A DNA stretch of 64,000 bases from a virus, in IMG/VR virus record IMGVR_UViG_3300045988_180675, positions 64,001 through 128,000 of that record; one strand, 5' to 3'. Within the stretch, counting starts at the first letter, position 1; each line of letters begins with the position of its first letter. The notes under the pieces were generated by a model. The model ran no database searches. It was not told where the DNA came from and worked only from the letters and a program-made list of their open reading frames with translations. Positions 53,733 to 62,329 of this stretch are shown here, piece after piece. A program made the translations under genes and the position numbers.

Positions 53733-55811
53733 TTAAAGATCGTCTGATCCAAAGATATCTCCAATTTCATCAATTGCCAACCCTGATGCTTCAGCTACAG
53801 CTTGCACTGTTTCAGAAACTTCTGGCTGCACATCGAATGATTCTGGAAGTGGATCACTAACAATAGTTAGCTCACTAGCCAATGGTTCTTGAGCTACAGG
53901 AACATTACTTGTCAAGTCTTCCGTATTCTTTTCTTTCTTCTTTGCAGTTGACTTTCTCTTCTTCTTTTCCAAAGCAAGAGCAGCTAAACGATTAAGTTCT
54001 GTAATACTGATTCCTTCTTCATTTAGAAGCTCAACAATATCACTATGATTAACGCATGCGATCATGCACATATCAAACTCGTTTTCGTTTGATTTGATCA
54101 ACTTAATAAGCTTTTCGAAGATTTCCTTATCAAGAACGCTTAACTCATCCATAATCAAGATGTTATATCCTGAAAGCTGACTTAGCATGCTCAATAACAC
54201 AAAGGTTACACAAGCTTTTTCACCACCAGATAATGAGTCAAAAGAAATGTATTGGTTTGTGCCATCTACATCAACCATTACCTTGATACCATTTTCAAAT
54301 ACGAATTTAATATCCATATTTGGGAAAATCGTGCGAGCTTTTTCATTACATGGTGCAGAGAATTCCTGAACATAGAATGAAATAATTGCTTCCTTTACCT
54401 TACCCTTTGGAGCAAATGCAATGCAGAGTGATTCATAAGTCATAAGCTTATTGTTATAAGATGTCAACTTACTTTCGAGTTCTGCCTTCTGTGCCAGAAT
54501 ATTCCAAGTGTTAATCATTGCATTTAATTCTGCAATCTTGGTATTGATCTGGTTGAGATCAACATTGATTGGGGCTGGTTCTGGAGGCATCCCAGGTGTA
54601 TTAGCTGATAATCTATTGATATTATCGGTTAATATTCTCAATTGGTTTTCCAGTGCCTTATCGTTATTGATCTTGTTCAAGATGCCTTCTGTTTCTGTTA
54701 CCTTTGCTTCAGCCATTTTTAATGAAGCTTCTAACTTCATATAGTTCTGACGTAAAACATTGCGTTCTGCTTCCATTTCAGAAAGAATCGGAGTCTTGTC
54801 AGTATGACAAACCAACTTCTTTGATAATGGACAGATCGGTTGAGAAACATTCTTGATCGCTTCTGTGATCATGACTCCATTCTGTTTTGTGATTGCCAAC
54901 TGTTGTGATGTTTGAGAGAGCATCTGCTTTGCTGTAGCCAATTCTCTATTTACAGCTGCAACTTCCTCTTCTGTATGTGGTGTCAATACGCCATACTGGT
55001 TTCGGAAATTTTGCATTGCAAGTTTTGCATCTGCCAACATCTTTTGATGATTTTCTACAGTTTGCTTTGAACGCATGTAGGCGTTTAATTTTGCATTATA
55101 TTCAATAACGCTCTTCTTTGCCTGTTCCAATTGTTCAAGTTCAGCAGGAATTCTATCGGCTGTTACAGCTGGAACTGTTAATTCTCCAAAGCCCTTTAAA
55201 ATCCCCTGCGTCTCTTTAAGCTTCTGCTTGATCATCTTTCTTCTGTCTACAAGTGTATCGTATACAGAATTAAGCATCTCAATACCAAATTCTCCATCTG
55301 GTAACACGGAAGAAAGAACTTCTTTTTCTTCTTCTGTTGCTTCTGAAAACTTAGAAAGAACAATGTTCTTATCTAACTGTTCTGGCAAGTATTTTAATAA
55401 TACTTCACCAAATTGTTGGGACGTTAATCCGTTAAACACTTCGCTACTTGTAGCGATCTTTCCAGTTTCAATATTGATCCCTGGAAATGAGGTTTCTAAC
55501 ATCTGATTGATTGCTGTTAATGAAGCTGCTTTTCCATCTAAATAATAGATAGATTGTCTCTTATCTGCATAACAACGACGACCAAATGTTCTACCATCTT
55601 CTAAGGTCACTGTCACTTCAGCATGATCTTCGCCTGCATGAACAATATCACCAGCAGGTTCAACCCCAGTTAAACCATAAATTAATGCGTTGCGAACGGA
55701 AGTCTTTCCTGAACCGTTTGCTTGACAAAATGCTGTGATTTTGCCTAGATCAAAGGAGTGTGTTCCTTTTAATCCTTGGAAGTTTGTTACTAATAAATTT
55801 TTGATTTTCAT
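53733..55811 (-). CDS. Rad50/SbcC-like SMC-type ATPase
   Basis: Walker A is NGSGKTS. A long coiled coil has a central CPLSKKLVC (residues ~327-335 of 692). Signature LSGGEK and Walker B ILIMDEL are present. Confidence 0.8.
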   Translation of the reverse strand: MKIKNLLVTNFQGLKGTHSFDLGKITAFCQANGSGKTSVRNALIYGLTGVEPAGDIVHAGEDHAEVTVTLEDGRTFGRRCYADKRQSIYYLDGKAASLTAINQMLETSFPGINIETGKIATSSEVFNGLTSQQFGEVLLKYLPEQLDKNIVLSKFSEATEEEKEVLSSVLPDGEFGIEMLNSVYDTLVDRRKMIKQKLKETQGILKGFGELTVPAVTADRIPAELEQLEQAKKSVIEYNAKLNAYMRSKQTVENHQKMLADAKLAMQNFRNQYGVLTPHTEEEVAAVNRELATAKQMLSQTSQQLAITKQNGVMITEAIKNVSQPICPLSKKLVCHTDKTPILSEMEAERNVLRQNYMKLEASLKMAEAKVTETEGILNKINNDKALENQLRILTDNINRLSANTPGMPPEPAPINVDLNQINTKIAELNAMINTWNILAQKAELESKLTSYNNKLMTYESLCIAFAPKGKVKEAIISFYVQEFSAPCNEKARTIFPNMDIKFVFENGIKVMVDVDGTNQYISFDSLSGGEKACVTFVLLSMLSQLSGYNILIMDELSVLDKEIFEKLIKLIKSNENEFDMCMIACVNHSDIVELLNEEGISITELNRLAALALEKKKRKSTAKKKEKNTEDLTSNVPVAQEPLASELTIVSDPLPESFDVQPEVSETVQAVAEASGLAIDEIGDIFGSDDL

Positions 55812-55844
55812 ATAATTTTCCTCCTGTTGTGGCTTTTAGCCTTA

Positions 55845-55888
55845 TCCATGATCATCAAATATGATACAAAAATATTATGTGATATAAG
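55845..55888 (-). promoter_or_regulatory. class-1 promoter/leader box
   Basis: The plus strand reads TCCATGATCATCAAAT...ATTATGTGATATAAGG. The leader hairpin GGCTTTTAGCC is at 55831-55841. Confidence 0.5.
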
Positions 55889-55931
55889 GAGAAACAAAAA
55901 ACAGTAGATATATTCTACTGTTAGTTGTTTG

Positions 55932-56717
55932 TTACTCCATTTCGTCAGCTTCTTCTGGCTCTAACTCATTAGCTTCTAAGCTCAAGTCATCTTCTTCTAC
56001 GATTGCAACCTTTTCGTTTTCTGTTGCAACTTCGTGTTCGCTCTTATTTTCAACTTCCATATAGCCAACAATTTCCATATCGTCGATCATAAAGTTTTCA
56101 TAGTGGAACTTTGAACCGTTGACTTCTTTTTCTTTGGAAGTCATTCCACAAATGAGGTTTAAGATTGTTCCATTCTTAATATCTTTCAATAGATCGTTTA
56201 CACGAGTCTTTGTAGAGAACTGTGGATAGAAGAAGAACTTCTTGTTTCGATAGGATTCGTCGCCATCTTCTAAAGAAATGCTAAGACGAACATAGCGACC
56301 ATCCTTTGATGGACGTACATTACGTACAACACCACTTGCATATACATGTAAGAAAGAATCACCATGATAACGGATGCCACCATCAGTACCAAATACTTCT
56401 TTCATGATTGTCTTTGTCTTCTTGATCTTGTCTACTTGAATGTATTGTACATGTCGTGTTAATGATTCTGAACTTTCGTTTGAGAATACAACACGTCTAC
56501 GCTGTACTAAGCCAACGATGTGACCTTCAATATCAACTGTATCTCCTACGACAGTTCCTTCTGGAAGTCCATTTACAACAAATGAGATTACATTATCGAA
56601 GCGTCTTTCTTTACCTCTGATGTAAACCAGAATTGATCTGTATCCGTATGCATTATGACCAACGCTGATTACTCTACCTCTTGCTACTACCTTATTTACC
56701 TTCTTAAATTCTGACAT
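55932..56717 (-). CDS. hypothetical protein, two OB-like halves and acidic C-terminal tail
   Basis: KVVARGRVISV... and VYASGVVRNV... start two OB-style segments. The tail is EEDDLSLEANELEPEEADEME. Confidence 0.55.
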   Translation of the reverse strand: MSEFKKVNKVVARGRVISVGHNAYGYRSILVYIRGKERRFDNVISFVVNGLPEGTVVGDTVDIEGHIVGLVQRRRVVFSNESSESLTRHVQYIQVDKIKKTKTIMKEVFGTDGGIRYHGDSFLHVYASGVVRNVRPSKDGRYVRLSISLEDGDESYRNKKFFFYPQFSTKTRVNDLLKDIKNGTILNLICGMTSKEKEVNGSKFHYENFMIDDMEIVGYMEVENKSEHEVATENEKVAIVEEDDLSLEANELEPEEADEME

Positions 56718-56737
56718 TTTTCTTTTCCTCTTTCTTT

Positions 56738-57019
56738 CTAATTGTCTTCTTCAAAGATCATTTCAATATTTCTTCGGTGCGGTACAGTGTCGAATCCGTT
56801 TAGCACTGAAATATGCTTGATGATATGATCATCCTTTAATTCGATATTCTGACTGCCTGTTGCTGATGCATCACTCAGATAAGCTGATCCATTTTCATCG
56901 TTTTTTACACATGCTGTAATAAAGAACGGGATCTTCTCTGAGCGACACTCTTCAATAAAATCTTCTATCTTGAACTTTTTGCAAAGCTCTTTATACTCTT
57001 TTTCTTTATCAAAGTTCAT
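56738..57019 (-). CDS. hypothetical protein
   Basis: AGGAGGAG SD. It overlaps the upstream gene's end. Confidence 0.5.
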   Translation of the reverse strand: MNFDKEKEYKELCKKFKIEDFIEECRSEKIPFFITACVKNDENGSAYLSDASATGSQNIELKDDHIIKHISVLNGFDTVPHRRNIEMIFEEDN

Positions 57020-57497
57020 TTCTGTTTTCGAACTCCTCCTTTGTTAGATATATTTTCTCCAACTTCCTATGCTTCTCTAACCACTTTTCAATCGCAGAAA
57101 ATGGATATTTGCTTCTGATTTTCGCACACTTCGTTCTATAATGCTTAATTAACTTCACTTCTTCTACAAAAGTTTTGAAATCATTCATGTTGATTTCTAA
57201 ATCTATCTGTTGTGAGGATTTTAACCTTTGCAGTGAAATTTGTAATGCTTCGATTAGCCACAACAACATCTCTGGTCTAGCAATACTGTTGTACATCAGC
57301 AAGGCATCTTTGTTTGGCTCGTGGCAATACTTCCCAACGCCATAGCTATCTTCATGTGTTGCCCAACTCACAAAATGTTCTCTTTGACATGACCACCATC
57401 TATTCTTCTTCTGTCCAAACTTTTCATCAAAAAGATTTGTAATCGAAACGTCATTGGTGAGCATAAACATTGATCTTGCAAAATCTGTTGTATTCAT
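57009..57497 (-). CDS. hypothetical protein
   Basis: GAGAGG SD. Confidence 0.5.
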   Translation of the reverse strand: MNTTDFARSMFMLTNDVSITNLFDEKFGQKKNRWWSCQREHFVSWATHEDSYGVGKYCHEPNKDALLMYNSIARPEMLLWLIEALQISLQRLKSSQQIDLEINMNDFKTFVEEVKLIKHYRTKCAKIRSKYPFSAIEKWLEKHRKLEKIYLTKEEFENRNEL

Positions 57498-57500
57498 TTT

Positions 57501-58202
57501 CTAGCCTCTCATATTGTTAAACTGAGAAAAGAAATCATACTCTTCTCCATCTGTTAATGTAGGATCTGGAGCGTTTGCGATATCATCTTCTGAGATTACT
57601 TCACTTGTTTCTTCTACTGCCTTTACTGGAGCAGCTTGAACTACTGTTGGTTCCTGCTTTACAATAGGCTTTTCAACAACTGGTTGTTTAGCTTCATCTT
57701 TATCTTCCGTGCTGTAATCTGGTAACTTTTCAACTCTAACAGGAGCTTTCTTCTTTGGCTTTAAGATATCGTCAATTGTGATACGCTTATTCTTTTTAGG
57801 TTCAAGTAATACAACATTCTCTAAGCCTTCCAGACGTATCAATTTAATGCGTTCTGTCTCCTTCTTGATAGTTGTATCATTTCTTAGAAATACGGCTATC
57901 TGTGGCGTTAAAAGGCATGATCTAACAAGTGTTTTAAAGAATGCTGTACGCCAACCTTCCTTGATTTCTCTTTTGAGAAAATCGACGCTTTGTTTATCCT
58001 TGACTTCGAATAACAAGTGATATGTACGTTTTTTCTCTTTTAGTGTAAATGGAATGGCGTTAGGAACAACAAAGGTAATTTGTTGTCCTCTAACATAATA
58101 TTCCAACGCCTTCTTCATTAGCATTGTAACGGATATTCCATTTGCATTTAATGAAATAAGATCTGCGTCATAATTCTTATAAAGCTTTAATTCAACTCTC
58201 AT
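57501..58202 (-). CDS. ParR-like centromere-binding adaptor candidate (RHH-like N-terminus, disordered linker, acidic-aromatic C-terminus)
   Basis: It lies immediately downstream of the parM-like gene. The N-terminus MRVELKLY..DADLISL..MLMKKALEYY fits a strand-helix-helix pattern. The C-terminus is DGEEYDFFSQF. Confidence 0.45.
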   Translation of the reverse strand: MRVELKLYKNYDADLISLNANGISVTMLMKKALEYYVRGQQITFVVPNAIPFTLKEKKRTYHLLFEVKDKQSVDFLKREIKEGWRTAFFKTLVRSCLLTPQIAVFLRNDTTIKKETERIKLIRLEGLENVVLLEPKKNKRITIDDILKPKKKAPVRVEKLPDYSTEDKDEAKQPVVEKPIVKQEPTVVQAAPVKAVEETSEVISEDDIANAPDPTLTDGEEYDFFSQFNNMRG

Positions 58203-58210
58203 AGATCACC

Positions 58211-59377
58211 TTACTGAGCTTGCTGTCTTAATGAGCGACTCACCTTTTCATATAGATACATGTAGTATCCTCTTGCATTCGAATAATCAAAGCTAAGAGA
58301 CTTATCATTTTGGTTTCCATCGATTACAACCAAGCCTTCAATGCCTGATAAAGTTTGTCTAATAGTATCAGCCCATGCTGCACTTGTTCCGCCTGTAATG
58401 ACAAAATAGTTGAACTCATATAGCTCGTACATTCTGCCAATTCTATCTAACGCTGCATGACAAACTTTTTCACTTTCACGCTGCAAGATTTCCTTGATAG
58501 GTATATGTCCACTGCTGAATCGACTATGCTTGATAACAGTTCCTGTTTCTAAGCACTTCTGGATGGCAATAGGTGATACTTCAACACCATGATTTCTTTG
58601 GATCTCAGCACGCACATTTGCCAGCACTTGTTTCATTGCGAATTCTGGGAATGTCTGCTTATCAACAACTCTATTGTTCTTGATAATAAACATATCTAAA
58701 GTTCCGTGTCCGCCATCAAAGATGATCAAGTTTCTGTTGAAGTAAAAACCAGATTCAGGAATTGCCTTATGGTTGTTCCCCATTGCAATTGACATTAGTG
58801 TACCCATTGGCTGTTCCATAACGTCAACGTTTTCCTTGCCAATCACGATATCATATTCAACTGGCTCATCTGCACCGATCTTCAATGCAAAGTGATGTCT
58901 TCCTGCAAAAGCATTTTTAAGATATGGACTATCTTGTTCTAAATACGCTGATGGTAGACCAGTTTCGATCCAAATCTTTTTTCCAATGTAATTTCCATAT
59001 TGGTTTTGACTGCAAGCAATACCGATTGCCACATCAACTAATACCAAGAACATCGGATCATCATAACGTTCACGCCCATACAGTGTGTTATCTGAATGTG
59101 ATGTATCGCCCTGCTTAATATTGTTTAATGCTGATTCACCAACGATCCAACGCTCACCTGTTTCTAAATTCTTATAAATAATAGAATAAGGAGCTGGCGT
59201 ACCGATTGTTTTAGAATCATCCATCTCAGCAAAAGCTGGGAAAATAGCGTTCTTATTTGGGGAAACTACTTTAACAGCAGAGTATCCGATATCAATTCCG
59301 CAAACCCAATTACCACTAGGGCTACCATTTGGTCTGTCGGCAAAATTTGTTTTAATTTTGTAATCTCTTGTTTCCAT
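58211..59377 (-). CDS. parM: ParM/Alp-family actin-like segregation ATPase
   Basis: Phosphate-1 is GIDIGYSAVKV and phosphate-2 is IFDGGHGTLD. The adenosine motif is VITGGTSA. Confidence 0.75.
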   Translation of the reverse strand: METRDYKIKTNFADRPNGSPSGNWVCGIDIGYSAVKVVSPNKNAIFPAFAEMDDSKTIGTPAPYSIIYKNLETGERWIVGESALNNIKQGDTSHSDNTLYGRERYDDPMFLVLVDVAIGIACSQNQYGNYIGKKIWIETGLPSAYLEQDSPYLKNAFAGRHHFALKIGADEPVEYDIVIGKENVDVMEQPMGTLMSIAMGNNHKAIPESGFYFNRNLIIFDGGHGTLDMFIIKNNRVVDKQTFPEFAMKQVLANVRAEIQRNHGVEVSPIAIQKCLETGTVIKHSRFSSGHIPIKEILQRESEKVCHAALDRIGRMYELYEFNYFVITGGTSAAWADTIRQTLSGIEGLVVIDGNQNDKSLSFDYSNARGYYMYLYEKVSRSLRQQAQ

Positions 59378-59395
59378 TTTATTTCCTTTCTTATT

Positions 59396-59908
59396 TTAGA
59401 ATGGTAATGCAAACACTACCTTTTCTTCGATTTCATCTATTGTAATTGGTCCGATCTTTCTGCTGTCATAAGAATTGTTTCGGTTATCTCCAAGAACGAA
59501 ATATTCATTTTCTTTTAAGGTGTAACCATCTTCATATTCTCCCATATCAAGCATTGCTTCTAAACTTCTGTTTTCTCGATTGTTATTCCTGTAAGCATAT
59601 CCATTTTGAAGTTTTATCTCCTCTTCTGGTAATGCCACAACTCGCTTGATAATTTTGTGGGATTTCCCATCCTTTTCTTCGAAAGAATGGTCTTTCATCT
59701 TGTCGGCTGGAACCCTGAATACCACAACATCGTTTTCGTCAATATCCTTTTCTGAAGTGACGACTCTTGTAATAAGGATTGTTCCGTTTTTATAGGTAGG
59801 AGACATTGAATCTCCCACCACACGGACCGTTCTAAATCCAGCTAACCGAAAGCCAAATGCAATAGCTAAGCCAACTAGAATACTTGTTAAATATGGATGC
59901 TTCTTCAT
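59396..59908 (-). CDS. lepB: type I signal peptidase
   Basis: It has an N-terminal TM segment, VVGDSMSPT (Ser), KRVVALPEE (Lys) and GDNRNNSYDSR. Confidence 0.9.
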   Translation of the reverse strand: MKKHPYLTSILVGLAIAFGFRLAGFRTVRVVGDSMSPTYKNGTILITRVVTSEKDIDENDVVVFRVPADKMKDHSFEEKDGKSHKIIKRVVALPEEEIKLQNGYAYRNNNRENRSLEAMLDMGEYEDGYTLKENEYFVLGDNRNNSYDSRKIGPITIDEIEEKVVFALPF

Positions 59909-59909
59909 G

Positions 59910-60314
59910 TTACGACATCATACCCCCATCCTCAGATTCTTTTGGAGAAACTATTTCGCCCTTTCTGATTTTATTGAGCATCTCGAATGTTGCCTGCTCA
60001 TAGTGGCTTGCATAGACACCTAGAAGAACATTGTTGATGGAAGATAGGTATTGAATCATATTGGCAAATCCACCTTCAAATACAAGATCTACTTCCTGTG
60101 TTTCTTCATCGTCCATATCATAAACGCTATAGTCCGTTGGAGAATCTTTAATAATGATGATTTGCCTCATCAATGTATCTTCTCCATCAAGATCTTCTAC
60201 CCAAAGACTCAGCGTAAGAGAATTTTCTTCTGCTTCTTCTATGTTTTCTTCAACTTCAAGCATTGATAAAGCACGTAAAATCAACGCTTCTTCAAGTTCA
60301 CTAAATTTTTCCAT
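59910..60314 (-). CDS. hypothetical acidic protein
   Basis: The start is moved to ATG 60314, which has a GGAGG SD. Confidence 0.5.
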   Translation of the reverse strand: MEKFSELEEALILRALSMLEVEENIEEAEENSLTLSLWVEDLDGEDTLMRQIIIIKDSPTDYSVYDMDDEETQEVDLVFEGGFANMIQYLSSINNVLLGVYASHYEQATFEMLNKIRKGEIVSPKESEDGGMMS

Positions 60315-60648
60315 GTTGACCTCCGTTACTAGGAATATTGACATTGCCAAATGGGCGAATATTTAACTCTTTTTCGATAGATTCACGAACGGAATCTGAG
60401 TCACTCTTCTTTGTTTTACGAAGATATTCGCCTTCGTTCTTTTCGTTGAGAAGTGCTACATATTTCTTCTTCAATTCTTCGACAGTTTGGATGTATTCTA
60501 CTAGATCTCCGATTTCGCATTCGATTACAACTCTGTCATTTGGACAGTATCGTTTCATATCGTAATCATCTAGCTTCTTACCATCTTGTTCACTTCTTTC
60601 TTTTCTTGTTTCCATAAAACCAATAATTTCTAAATTCTTTTCTGACAT
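60301..60648 (-). CDS. hypothetical protein
   Basis: AGGAGAAAATAAA SD. Confidence 0.5.
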   Translation of the reverse strand: MSEKNLEIIGFMETRKERSEQDGKKLDDYDMKRYCPNDRVVIECEIGDLVEYIQTVEELKKKYVALLNEKNEGEYLRKTKKSDSDSVRESIEKELNIRPFGNVNIPSNGGQHGKI

Positions 60649-60665
60649 TTTATTTTCTCCTATTC

Positions 60666-60962
60666 TTATTTTTGATATATTCCAACAACAATCTTAAATG
60701 GTGTATGCTCTAAGATCTTGCAATGGTAAACATCTCCAAACCCCATTCGTGAGTTCGTTAGGTTCGACTCTACACCTTCGTTAAAATCTGACTCCAAGAT
60801 AAATGCGATCACTCTTTTGATTTCATTTGCATACTTCTGGGGAAATGTTAGCTCTGGGCAAACATAATCCCCATTTGTATCTTCGTGCATTTTTGAAATC
60901 GACTTACCTTGTGAATCCATACTGTGAAACTTGATTTTTTGATCCAAATTGGTTATCGACAT
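60666..60962 (-). CDS. hypothetical protein
   Basis: It starts 4 nt after the RHH gene's stop. Confidence 0.5.
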   Translation of the reverse strand: MSITNLDQKIKFHSMDSQGKSISKMHEDTNGDYVCPELTFPQKYANEIKRVIAFILESDFNEGVESNLTNSRMGFGDVYHCKILEHTPFKIVVGIYQK

Positions 60963-60966
60963 TTGC

Positions 60967-61149
60967 TCACGCTTTCTTCATGTCTTCTTCAACTAAATCG
61001 ACAAAGTATCCGTTTAACGATTTGTTTCGCTTTTCCTTTGCAAACTTTTTGATCTTATCACGTTGCCCTTTTTTTACTGTTAGACAAATACGATCGTATG
61101 TCTTTTTATTGTATTCACGGGCAATCTCTGTTTTATTACTTCTTTTCAT
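60967..61149 (-). CDS. ribbon-helix-helix (CopG/Arc-like) DNA-binding protein
   Basis: KTYDRICLTVKKGQRDKIKKFAKEKRNKSLNGYFVDLVEEDM fits a strand-helix-helix pattern. It is the first gene of the par/sip operon. Confidence 0.6.
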   Translation of the reverse strand: MKRSNKTEIAREYNKKTYDRICLTVKKGQRDKIKKFAKEKRNKSLNGYFVDLVEEDMKKA

Positions 61150-61176
61150 GTTTTTTCTCCTGTACTTCTATCTATT

Positions 61177-61194
61177 ATTATACCATAACAGTAT
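61177..61194 (-). promoter_or_regulatory. class-2 promoter (ATACTGTTAT + TGGTATAAT)
   Basis: The reverse complement reads ATACTGTTATGGTATAAT. Confidence 0.55.
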
Positions 61195-61210
61195 ATATTT
61201 TGGAAGAGGT

Positions 61211-62221
61211 CTAGTCCTCAATATATTCCTCTATTACAGACTCATCTTCGTCTTCTTCATCTTCTAAATCATAATCAATTGTTAATCGTGTTTTTTGATT
61301 CGCCAAGTCTGTAATTGATTGATTACGAATTTGTCTCTTATACTCTTCCGCTTCTTCATCACTTCGATAATTTCCAATGTATTCTGTTGCGTATGGAACG
61401 ATCTCAGAAGTTCTTTCCTGTGTTTCATAACGCTTTCCACAACCTAGTGGTTCTCCGTTTGCGTCTGTTGCGATGATTGGATTTCCAAAACAATCCTTCA
61501 TTGGTTTACCTTTATCATCTAATTTTTGACCGCAAACGACATGCTTCATGACAGATCTTGATTGTAAAAAGCCATCGACATAGATTTCTGATTTCAGAAA
61601 CAGTCTTTCTCTATCTCTTTTTCCAATGATTCCATACGATTTTACCCACGGATAGTCGGCATGATTGCTTGGATCCTGATCAAAAGACACACGTAATTTT
61701 CGGTTAACTGCCAATTGATATTGTGTAAACCCAAATTTATTATTGATGTGGATTCTACCTGGATCACGTACAAGCAAACCAAAAACCCTTACGATATTGG
61801 AAATATCTCGATGTTCTGCAAGATACTTGCTTGCCTCTTCATTAGTATCAACATGTCCTAACATCTCTACAAAGGTTGGGGCTACAAATAGAACTTGCCC
61901 AATATAACTTGTTGGTCTTCCGCAATCTGGACACACTGTACGTTTTGTTTGTCGCAATGTTCCGATTACACCTTTTAAGCCCACAATGTCACCACGCTTA
62001 GCATCTTTGATTTTATTGATAATATTAGCGTCTCTTGATGCAATACGGACTTCGCTTAGTGATAAGTTTTCCTTATCTTGATTTGATCGAACACTTCTTT
62101 CTTGTTTGGCAACCATAATGGTTCCTGTGCAATATATAGGTGTTTGATCGCTATCGTTTCGATAAACCATGATATCATTTACCATGATTCCTCTTAGCAT
62201 AACTAAATTTTCTTTAGCCAT
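61211..62221 (-). CDS. hypothetical protein: OB-like N-terminus, CPDCGRP zinc-ribbon element, acidic C-terminal tail
   Basis: NLVMLRGIMVNDIMV is an OB-style start. The sequence also contains CPDCG...C..KL and ends in DYDLEDEEDEDESVIEEYIED. Confidence 0.55.
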   Translation of the reverse strand: MAKENLVMLRGIMVNDIMVYRNDSDQTPIYCTGTIMVAKQERSVRSNQDKENLSLSEVRIASRDANIINKIKDAKRGDIVGLKGVIGTLRQTKRTVCPDCGRPTSYIGQVLFVAPTFVEMLGHVDTNEEASKYLAEHRDISNIVRVFGLLVRDPGRIHINNKFGFTQYQLAVNRKLRVSFDQDPSNHADYPWVKSYGIIGKRDRERLFLKSEIYVDGFLQSRSVMKHVVCGQKLDDKGKPMKDCFGNPIIATDANGEPLGCGKRYETQERTSEIVPYATEYIGNYRSDEEAEEYKRQIRNQSITDLANQKTRLTIDYDLEDEEDEDESVIEEYIED

Positions 62222-62329
62222 ATTCTTTTCTCCTTCTGTTACACAATATATTATGCTATATCCGATATAAAATATAGCAGTATTTAAAAGAAAAAATAAA
62301 AAAAGAGCATTTTTATGCTCTTTCTTTTT

